Positions 24,816-32,000 of a stretch of DNA of 32,000 bases are shown here, one piece after another (the stretch's first letter is position 1; each line of letters opens with the position of its first letter). A program made the translations under genes and the position numbers. Source of the DNA: Synechococcus elongatus PCC 6301 (GTDB lineage Bacteria > Cyanobacteriota > Cyanobacteriia > Synechococcales > Synechococcaceae); the NCBI RefSeq assembly GCF_000010065.1, contig NC_006576.1:1170001-1202000 (forward strand), in the 5' to 3' direction. Below the pieces are notes generated by a model that had not been told where the DNA came from, made no database searches, and was given only the letters and a program-made list of their open reading frames with translations.

Positions 24816-25823
24816 TCAATTCAAGTAAAAGTTGACTGCGAGGCAGAGCAAAAAGGTCATCACCGTCGTAAGTCCAAAGAGATAGATCACTGCCCTCGGG
24901 CGAAACACCGTCAGCAGCATACCAATGCCCTTGAGGTCGACCATTGGACCCAGCACGAGAAAGGCTAAAAGCGCACCACTCGTAAAGACGCTTGCGAAAG
25001 CAAGGGCAAAAAAAGCATCTACCGTCGAGCAGATCGAAACCACCGTTCCCAGCACCAGCATGGCGATCACCGAAGTGACAGGGCCTTGCCCGAGGCTCAG
25101 GATTAACTCGCGGGGTGCAAAGGTCTGAATCAGGGCAGCAACGGCACTCCCCAAAATCAGAACGCCCCCTAGATCACGCAGTTCCTGCAGCGTGTTGTCC
25201 AAGGCGAGGCTTAGCTTTGGCCACAAGCCAGCCGGAACCGCTAGTTCACTGACGATCGCACTTTCCAACGCGATCGAGGCCGCAGGCTGACTGCCCTGCC
25301 CCAAAAAGAAGGTACCGCGCTGGAGCAAGGCCGGTTGGTCATTAGTGGGACGCGGACAAGTCAACTCCAATAAGTCTGCGGTGCGGCGCTGCAGAATGGG
25401 ACGCAAATCCTTTTGGGCACTGAACACCCAACCCACCAACGTGGCAATAATCATCGTGAACAAAACCCGCAACACCACAATTTCGGGCTGATCGCGAAAG
25501 GCCACCCACGTTGACCAAATCACAATCGGGTTAATCACCGGTGCTGCGAGCAAAAAACCCATCGCGACCGCCGGCGGAGCTCCTTGAAGAATGAGGCGGC
25601 GAGTCACAGGGACATTGCCACACTCACAAGCCGGAAAGAGGAATCCGACAAGACTGCCCGCTAAAGCCCCCCCCAAAGGATTCTTAGGCAAAATCCGCAG
25701 CAGGGCTTTCTCGTTGGTAAAACAGAGCAGCAAACTTGAGAGAAAGACCCCCAGCAACAAAAACGGTAAAGCCTCTACCAACAAACTCAGGAACAGGGTA
25801 AAGGCGTTGTAGAAACGGGTCAT
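24816..25823 (-). CDS. Permease (DUF318-type predicted metal/organoarsenical permease family)
   Basis: LLVEALPFLLLGVFLSS, LAGSLVGFLFPACECGNVPVTRRLILQGAPPAVAMGFLLAAPVINPIV, VCSTVDAFFALAF. Confidence 0.85.
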   Translation of the reverse strand: MTRFYNAFTLFLSLLVEALPFLLLGVFLSSLLLCFTNEKALLRILPKNPLGGALAGSLVGFLFPACECGNVPVTRRLILQGAPPAVAMGFLLAAPVINPIVIWSTWVAFRDQPEIVVLRVLFTMIIATLVGWVFSAQKDLRPILQRRTADLLELTCPRPTNDQPALLQRGTFFLGQGSQPAASIALESAIVSELAVPAGLWPKLSLALDNTLQELRDLGGVLILGSAVAALIQTFAPRELILSLGQGPVTSVIAMLVLGTVVSICSTVDAFFALAFASVFTSGALLAFLVLGPMVDLKGIGMLLTVFRPRAVIYLFGLTTVMTFLLCLAVNFYLN

Positions 25824-25895
25824 CGCAAGCGGGGGGGCAGGCTGCCGCCATTCTATCGGCTCCCCTTGCTTTGCTACGATTTGGGGTGTTTGTTT

Positions 25896-25969
25896 GGGGC
25901 TGTAGCTCAGCTGGATAGAGCAAGCGCCTCCTAAGCGCTAGGCCGCGCGTTCAAATCGCGCCAGTCCCG
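25896..25969 (+). tRNA. tRNA-Arg (CCT anticodon)
   Basis: Cloverleaf by eye: acceptor GGGGCTG/CAGTCCC, D arm GCTC..GAGC, anticodon stem AGCGC/GCGCT with loop CTCCTAA (CCT), T arm GCGCG-TTCAAAT-CGCGC, discriminator G. Confidence 0.93.
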
Positions 25970-25988
25970 TTCGATCGGTGCCTGCCGA

Positions 25989-26011
25989 GGGCGATCGCTA
26001 AGCGATCGCCC
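25989..26011. repeat. HIP1-HIP1 hairpin (GGGCGATCGC-TAA-GCGATCGCCC)
   Basis: Two copies of the HIP1 octamer (GCGATCGC) forming a perfect 10-bp stem just 3' of the tRNA. Confidence 0.8.
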
Positions 26012-26039
26012 CAGTCCTTGATCAATGAGACGCCCCCTA

Positions 26040-27248
26040 CTAGGTTAACGAGGGCAGAAACACCGAGAGATCCTCTGAATCCACTGCAGTCCAGCGATGA
26101 CTCAAGCGATCGCCGTGGAGTGTATTTAAAGGATCCGTGGCGGCATTGTGAATCAGCACTTTCTTGATGAAGGATGCTTCATCCATCACTTTGTTTGTTG
26201 CTTGCCGCCAACGTTGGAAGGCGATCTGGGCATACCAAATCCGCCCATCGATCGGAGCCAGTGTCCCAATCGAAAAGCCTTGACGGATCACGGGTCGCAG
26301 GCATGGCAAATACTGTTGAATCGCAGCAGTCATGGAAGCGCCCGCCTGCTGCTTGAGGACGTCTAAGTGGACTTGGGGGCTATGCCAAGGCGCGAGGGCA
26401 ATCAAATCCGTCAGAATTTTGACATGGGCTTGGGCAATCAGCTGCGGATCGGCAAGCGGTCTGATTTTGTAGGTTTTGATCTGGGGATCGTCCCCCTGAC
26501 GCATCCCATGAATCAGCAAGCAGCCATCGTCACTGGCTTGGAATCGAGCATCCCGCAGCACTTCCAGAAAAGGACGTCGCCCCGTTAGAACCACGATCGC
26601 GATCGCGGCATCGTAGGTCAGCTGAATCCTCGGCACCATTGTCATCACTGGGTTCAAGGCCTGCGGATCAGGACTGCTAGCCTCTGTCAGAGGAGGAATG
26701 CGCAGTGAAGCCACCGTCTGGCGATGCGATTGCTGGCCTAGGTACTCCTTCAGGGTAGAAACCGCTTTGGCCACCAGAAACTGACAAACAGAGGGCGGCA
26801 CTGGAATGCGGGGTTGAGGTTCTTCGAGAGGCCCTAGCTCCTGAGTCGGCAGAGAGCTCGCCCGAACAACGTCCCGCGCTGTCCCCAAAGACTGGACATA
26901 GGTGGTCAGCCAAGTGCAGGGTTCATCGGTAATGGGAATGCGATTGACATTCGAGTGCGGGGTCAGCTGTTCCCAATAGCTCGAACGATTGAGTTCAGGG
27001 CTGCTGGGGAACCAAATCCAGCCTCGGGCCGCTAGTTCCTGTCTGACTTGATTGCGGAGCGTGCTCTGGTAGCGAGTTAGTGTGATGTCATCAACACTGT
27101 TGTCAACCCAGCTTTTGACGATGCTTGCGCAGTATTGACAGGCTCGTTTCTTGGCGCCGGCATCGCTTTTATTCCAGTATTCTCCCCAGGCATCACAAAT
27201 AGTATTGACAATAGTCTTAAACTGATTTTCAAGCTGCTGATCATTCAT
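26040..27248 (-). CDS. Hypothetical protein with telomere-resolvase / tyrosine-recombinase-like motifs
   Basis: 402 aa; LTYDAAIAIVVLTGRRPFLEVLRDARF (box I Arg-like), QIKTYKIRPL (Lys), DGRIWYAQIAFQRW (box II Arg-like), FIKKVLIHNAATDPLNTLHGDRL (LGHxxxxT-like). Confidence 0.65.
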   Translation of the reverse strand: MNDQQLENQFKTIVNTICDAWGEYWNKSDAGAKKRACQYCASIVKSWVDNSVDDITLTRYQSTLRNQVRQELAARGWIWFPSSPELNRSSYWEQLTPHSNVNRIPITDEPCTWLTTYVQSLGTARDVVRASSLPTQELGPLEEPQPRIPVPPSVCQFLVAKAVSTLKEYLGQQSHRQTVASLRIPPLTEASSPDPQALNPVMTMVPRIQLTYDAAIAIVVLTGRRPFLEVLRDARFQASDDGCLLIHGMRQGDDPQIKTYKIRPLADPQLIAQAHVKILTDLIALAPWHSPQVHLDVLKQQAGASMTAAIQQYLPCLRPVIRQGFSIGTLAPIDGRIWYAQIAFQRWRQATNKVMDEASFIKKVLIHNAATDPLNTLHGDRLSHRWTAVDSEDLSVFLPSLT

Positions 27249-27634
27249 AGTTCAAGCAATTAAAGTAATCTGAATTCAGAGAATTTGAAATAGAGTATAT
27301 TCGCTATTAGATGACTTGCAGGCACAGTCAGTACCTATGCAACAAAAATCAATCTCAGTGAGAAGCCGGTCTTATATTTAGCCAACGATCAAAATTTATG
27401 TGCTGTGAACAGCTGATTGATCTCTCATCAGCGCCTGCCGCTAGGGCCGTCATCGACTCCACTCAGAACCCTCTGTGCTGATCACCCCGGCTATCACTGC
27501 ATTCGAGCTTTAGGCCAAGCCATTGGAAGGTCGCCCAAAGTCAACTGTGGCGCTACTTGAATTGGGCTCCATGACTTATCAGCGCCGACAGTCGACATCT
27601 CTAGTCAAATGGCTTCGGGGCAGGTGATGCTGCC

Positions 27635-28333
27635 TCAAGCCAAGTCTAGAAGGGCGTAGCGACCAAACATTGCGGCCGGCACTTGAACTCGCCAAGCCCA
27701 GAGCTGATCGCCAAAGGAAAAATGCCACCATTCGTTGGGATGGCGCACAAAGCCAGCAGCAGTCATCACCTGATTCAGTAAGTCGCGGTTTTGATGGGCG
27801 ACAGGCGATCGCCCTAGGAAGTAGTCGGGATAAGAGCGATCGCTGGGCTCATCGATGGGAGAACCCATATCCAGCAGCTGACCGCTGGCATCGACGATTG
27901 TGAGATCAACGGCTGCGCCGGTGCTGTGGGGCGGCGGTTGCTTCGGATCCTCATTCGGTACCGCCCAAAAGGTGTAGACCTGCTCATTCACAACCCCTAA
28001 GGTGGATGGATCAACGTCTTCCTCGGTCAAGCCTTGATCCGCAAGCAGTTGCTGGCGTGTGTAGTCGACCATAAATTGCTGCACACTCAGCGGTCGATAG
28101 GCATCAAAAATTTGGAGCCGATAGCCAGGCTTGAGCAGGGTCAGCTGGGCTTGAGCCCGCAATAAGCGACCAAGAACCGAGGCACGCAGCCAAAAGGGCG
28201 ATCGCTCGGCGTAGTTGGCTCCCAGGGCTGAGTAGGGATGAGGGTCGATCAAAGCAAAGCGATCGCCCGGAATCGGCAATAACGGCTCGCGGTTTTCTTC
28301 GATCGCAATCTTCAGCCAAGGTTTAGGCGACAT
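27635..28333 (-). CDS. VanX-type D-alanyl-D-alanine dipeptidase
   Basis: RLQIFDAYRPLSVQQ, PPPHSTGAAVDLTIVD, EWWHFSF zinc-peptidase motifs. Confidence 0.9.
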   Translation of the reverse strand: MSPKPWLKIAIEENREPLLPIPGDRFALIDPHPYSALGANYAERSPFWLRASVLGRLLRAQAQLTLLKPGYRLQIFDAYRPLSVQQFMVDYTRQQLLADQGLTEEDVDPSTLGVVNEQVYTFWAVPNEDPKQPPPHSTGAAVDLTIVDASGQLLDMGSPIDEPSDRSYPDYFLGRSPVAHQNRDLLNQVMTAAGFVRHPNEWWHFSFGDQLWAWRVQVPAAMFGRYALLDLA

Positions 28334-29591
28334 GACTTGGCCTCCGCCAGCGTTGCCAGCGCAGCCGCAGCCGCGTCATCACCGACAGCCAAAAGAACCG
28401 CCCGAGCCGGCGGCCTAAGCGCTGGAAACGGTAGTCAAACAAAATCGCCATTAGGTCATCGGTGGACAGGGCGCAGCACCAGCGGACGATGCGATCGATT
28501 TTGGCATCGGAATCCTGCAGGTATTTCTTCATGCCCAGACGGAGACTGAGTGTCCAGAGGCGATCGAAACGGCGACGAATTTGTTGTTCATAACTGGAGA
28601 GATCAGGTACCGTTCCCTGAAGCCAAGCATCGAGGACTTGCGCAGCGCGATCAGCACTTTCCAAGCCATGGCGAATACCCTCACCGCCGAGGAAATTGAT
28701 CGCCGAAACCGCATCCCCGATCCCCAGAATTGAGGCTTGCACATGGCGATCGCAGCGATCGCCGCTGTAGTCAATGGCGGCACCATGCACATCAACCAGC
28801 CGATAGTCTGGGCACTGCACCTGCTCCGTCAGCAGTAGATCAATGTAGTGCCGGAGTGGTTGGTCAGGCTTGAGAAAACGGTGATCGCCATGGAACCAGC
28901 AGGCCCCAACCTTAAGCCGGCCCGATTGCATCGGAAAAATCCAGCTATAGCCTTTGGGCAACCAATGATGGCCAAGGTAGAAGTGCAAGGCATCCGCGAA
29001 GCGCTGATAGACCGTCTCAGGCACTTCAATCAGGTACTCAATGCCGACACCCCGAAGGTAATCGGGCCGAGGCTCCGCCGCTGTGTAGATCACCTTGCGG
29101 GCTGAACCCGTAGCATCAACTACGGCTCGACTCGTGACCCAGCGATCGCTTGAGGTTAGGCGATCGCGGAACCGGATCTGCCAACGACCATCGGTCAGTT
29201 GCTGGCGATCGCGATATTGCCAACCCAGCCGCACTGAGCCACCGTGGGTGGTTGTTTCCTCAGCGAGGAACTGGCGCAACGCCGCAAAGTCGAGAACACA
29301 CCCCAGCGAGCGAGCGCTCTTCCAGGTATGGTCCTCTCGTGTTGTCACTACCCGGAGCTGAGACCAACGACTACCGATAACGCGATCGGGTAGTTGAAAG
29401 CGATCGAGGGTTTCAAGAGGGGTGCCACCACTCGAAAAGTCATGATCAGTCCAGGTCTTGAGCTGATCGACCAGCAAGACTGTCCGTCCTGCTTGAGCAA
29501 GCCGACGAGCGCATTGCCCACCAGCCGGGCCGGCCCCAACAACGACGACATCAAAGGTCTCAGAAGCCGCAGTCACGATCGCGCTACTCAA
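28323..29591 (-). CDS. FAD-dependent oxidoreductase, geranylgeranyl-reductase-like
   Basis: [30 protein letters not shown] dinucleotide fold; [11 protein letters not shown]; [26 protein letters not shown]. Confidence 0.82.
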   Translation of the reverse strand: MSSAIVTAASETFDVVVVGAGPAGGQCARRLAQAGRTVLLVDQLKTWTDHDFSSGGTPLETLDRFQLPDRVIGSRWSQLRVVTTREDHTWKSARSLGCVLDFAALRQFLAEETTTHGGSVRLGWQYRDRQQLTDGRWQIRFRDRLTSSDRWVTSRAVVDATGSARKVIYTAAEPRPDYLRGVGIEYLIEVPETVYQRFADALHFYLGHHWLPKGYSWIFPMQSGRLKVGACWFHGDHRFLKPDQPLRHYIDLLLTEQVQCPDYRLVDVHGAAIDYSGDRCDRHVQASILGIGDAVSAINFLGGEGIRHGLESADRAAQVLDAWLQGTVPDLSSYEQQIRRRFDRLWTLSLRLGMKKYLQDSDAKIDRIVRWCCALSTDDLMAILFDYRFQRLGRRLGRFFWLSVMTRLRLRWQRWRRPSHVA

Positions 29592-31498
29592 GCCGAAGCA
29601 GCACCAATCCGTTGACGGCTTCCAAACTTTTCGAGGATGCGATCGGCCATCTGACGCGGCGTCAGGCCCAACTCCTGCTTAGATTCATCAGGGCTGGCAT
29701 GTTCCACCAAGAGATCGGGAACACCGATCGGCAACACCGGAACCTGCAGATCATGGGCCTGCAAGGACTCCATAATCGCGGAGCCAAAGCCGCCGGGTAG
29801 GCAGCCTTCCTCAAAGGTGACGACTTTGCCGATCTGGCGCGCCAGCGGCACAATCAGTTCCTCATCTAAGGGCTTGGCGAAGCGGGCATTGATCACAGTA
29901 GCTGAGATGCCGTGCTCATTCAGCAGTTCTGCCGTCTGCAGGGCCGGATAGACCATCGAGCCGTAAGCCAACATCAGCAAATCATCGCCTTGGCGCAGTT
30001 GCTCTGCTTTCCCAATCGGGAGCGACTCCCAGCCTTCTTCCGGCAGGGGTACGCCAATACCATTCCCGCGCGGGAAACGCATGGCGATCGGGCCGTCGTA
30101 TTCAATACCCGTCACTAGCATCCGCTGCAGTTCGGCCTCATCTTTCGGTGCCATCAGCACCATGTTGGGAATCAGCCGCAGGTAAGCAATGTCGTACATG
30201 CCTTGGTGTGTCGGGCCATCCGCGCCAACTATCCCCGCGCGATCGAGGCAGAAGAAGACGGGCAGCTTTTGGATACAAACGTCGTGGATGACTTGATCAA
30301 AGGCCCGCTGCAGGAAGGTGGAATAGATTGCCACCACCGGACGCATGCCATCGCAGGCCATACCGGCAGCTAGCACCACGGCGTGCTGTTCGGCAATGCC
30401 AACATCGATGTATTGCTTCGGCAGCGCCTTCTGGAGAATGTCCAAGCCGGTGCCTGTCGCCATCGCAGCCGTAATCCCGACAATGCGGCGATCGCTCTTG
30501 GCCAAGGTCGTCAGGGTTTGGCCAAACACTTTGGAATGGCTAGGCGGCTTCGGTTTTGAAGCTGGTTTAGCCTTCCCTGTCGCCAGATCAAAGGGATTTT
30601 GGGCATGATAGCCAACCTGATCTTCTTCAGCGTAGGGATAGCCCTTACCCTTGGTTGTGGCAACGTGGACGAGTACTGGTCCGGTGTGTTTGTGCGCTTC
30701 GCGGAAGGTGGCGATCAGTTCTTCAAGGTTGTGACCATCCACTGGCCCCATGTAGGTGAAGCCCAGCTCTTCAAAGACCGCCCCAATCTTGCTGTAGGAG
30801 AGGCGCTTCATGCCTTCCTTAACCGGCTCAAAGCCTTGGGTAATGGCGCCGCCGACGAAGGGAATTTGTTGCATCCCCTGGGTCAAACCATCGGTGAGCA
30901 ACTGCATCGGCTCACTAACCCGAATCTTATTCAGATAGCGAGAGAGCGCACCCACGTTGGGCGAGATCGACATGTCATTGTCGTTGAGCACGACCAACAG
31001 CCGTGTTTTGGGCAAGTGACCAGCGTGGTTGATGGCTTCCAAGGCCATGCCACCGGTGAGCGATCCATCACCAATCACAGCGACACATCGGTAGTCTTCG
31101 CCCTGGGCATCCCGTGCTAGAGCCATACCGAGGGCAGCAGAAATACTGGTGGAAGCGTGACCGGCACCGAAATGATCGAAGCGGTTTTCCGTGCGCTTCA
31201 GGTAGCCCGCAATGCCATCCTTTTGCCGCAAGGTATGGAAGTTGTGATAGCGCCCTGTCAGCAGCTTGTGGGGATAGGCTTGGTGGCCAACGTCCCAAAC
31301 CACTTTGTCGCGATCGAGATCGAGCGTTTGGTAAAGCGCTAGGGTCAATTCCACCACGCCCAAGCCCGGCCCGAGGTGCCCACCGGTCGCTGCAACCGTC
31401 TGCAGGTGCTTCTCACGAATCTGGTGGCCAATTTGCTCAAGCTGAGCAACCGACAACCCGTGGAGCTGGTTGGGATGGGTAATTTCGCTGAGATGCAT
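29588..31498 (-). CDS. dxs: 1-deoxy-D-xylulose-5-phosphate synthase
   Basis: [60 protein letters not shown]; ATG at 31498 preferred over the extended 31531 start. Confidence 0.97.
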   Translation of the reverse strand: MHLSEITHPNQLHGLSVAQLEQIGHQIREKHLQTVAATGGHLGPGLGVVELTLALYQTLDLDRDKVVWDVGHQAYPHKLLTGRYHNFHTLRQKDGIAGYLKRTENRFDHFGAGHASTSISAALGMALARDAQGEDYRCVAVIGDGSLTGGMALEAINHAGHLPKTRLLVVLNDNDMSISPNVGALSRYLNKIRVSEPMQLLTDGLTQGMQQIPFVGGAITQGFEPVKEGMKRLSYSKIGAVFEELGFTYMGPVDGHNLEELIATFREAHKHTGPVLVHVATTKGKGYPYAEEDQVGYHAQNPFDLATGKAKPASKPKPPSHSKVFGQTLTTLAKSDRRIVGITAAMATGTGLDILQKALPKQYIDVGIAEQHAVVLAAGMACDGMRPVVAIYSTFLQRAFDQVIHDVCIQKLPVFFCLDRAGIVGADGPTHQGMYDIAYLRLIPNMVLMAPKDEAELQRMLVTGIEYDGPIAMRFPRGNGIGVPLPEEGWESLPIGKAEQLRQGDDLLMLAYGSMVYPALQTAELLNEHGISATVINARFAKPLDEELIVPLARQIGKVVTFEEGCLPGGFGSAIMESLQAHDLQVPVLPIGVPDLLVEHASPDESKQELGLTPRQMADRILEKFGSRQRIGAASA

Positions 31499-31659
31499 CA
31501 GACGTCCTCCGGTGGCAGCCAAGACGCGCAACCTTCATTCACTGTAGAGGATGGCCTTCCCCAAACGGTCTCCATTGCTGCGATCGCAACAAGTGAATGC
31601 TAAAACTTGCGAAGAATCTGCTGCTGGCTGCAGTGAACGTTGTGAGGCCGTTATCCACC

Positions 31660-32000
31660 ATGACCCGCTTGTCTATTCCCTTGGCTGCGATCGCTTTCTC
31701 TAGCTTGGCTGGGCTCAGTCTGTCGACCCCTGCCGCCCAAGCAGCGGACTTTGCCGATTGCGCAGCAACCCTGACCGGGTTAGGTCTGGCCGCACCCGTG
31801 GCTGCCAATGCTTGTGCCGGTGCCCAGTTTCCGGCTGATCTGTCGAGCTGCACCGATCGCTTGACCAGCAGTTTGAAATTGACGGCTGCCGATAGCTTGG
31901 CCGCCTGCCGGAGCGTTCGCAAACCCTTAGCAGTAGCAAGCTGTGCCGAGCGGCTGCAGGCTGCTGGTGACGCCACCCCCGCTTTGATTGCCGATGGTTG
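31660..32000 (+). CDS. Secreted protein with regularly spaced cysteines (partial, runs off window)
   Basis: ATG at 31660, signal peptide MTRLSIPLAAIAFSSLAGLSLSTPAAQAA, open to the window edge; not in the supplied ORF track because it lacks a stop. Confidence 0.7.
   Translation, partial: MTRLSIPLAAIAFSSLAGLSLSTPAAQAADFADCAATLTGLGLAAPVAANACAGAQFPADLSSCTDRLTSSLKLTAADSLAACRSVRKPLAVASCAERLQAAGDATPALIADG

Noticed and set aside
22270-27640. Possible CRISPR array, transposon ends or att duplication near the AT-rich island and tRNA
   Set aside because: I saw no regularly spaced direct repeats, no transposase and no obvious duplicate of the tRNA 3' end by eye. A computational repeat search would be needed to exclude short att sites.
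31539-31976. 145-aa minus-strand ORF at the right edge
   Set aside because: Antisense to the plus-strand secreted Cys-repeat ORF, which has a clean signal peptide.

Overview
This 32 kb window looks like chromosomal DNA from a unicellular cyanobacterium, most consistent with the Synechococcus elongatus lineage. That assignment is an inference from gene content (psbK, chlM, DUF3155, ammonium transporter) and the very frequent HIP1 octamer GCGATCGC. It is not a database match. Most of the window is ordinary housekeeping DNA: ybaB/ebfC, LMW phosphatase, DUF924, glutathione-dependent formaldehyde detoxification pair, psbK-tgt, cobS, histidine kinase, nfu, serS, rseP-nth, rpsN, ABC permease, amt, purE, nagA, chlM, TIGR03943/permease pair, tRNA-Arg(CCT), VanX-like dipeptidase, FAD oxidoreductase and dxs. 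The parts that deserve a second look are: (1) a 402-aa ORF beside tRNA-Arg(CCT) with a tyrosine-recombinase/telomere-resolvase-like layout but His at or near the expected nucleophile position; (2) an AT-rich island holding a frame-disrupted CoiA-like gene and a neighbouring HNH nuclease; (3) a histidine kinase whose GAF domain is split across two frames; (4) an ORF at 1568-2005 where the apparent coding signal switches frames; (5) two adjacent secreted proteins sharing a diverged C-terminal module; (6) a secreted protein with regularly spaced cysteines running off the right edge. I found no CRISPR array, no transposase and no clearly new multi-gene defence system.
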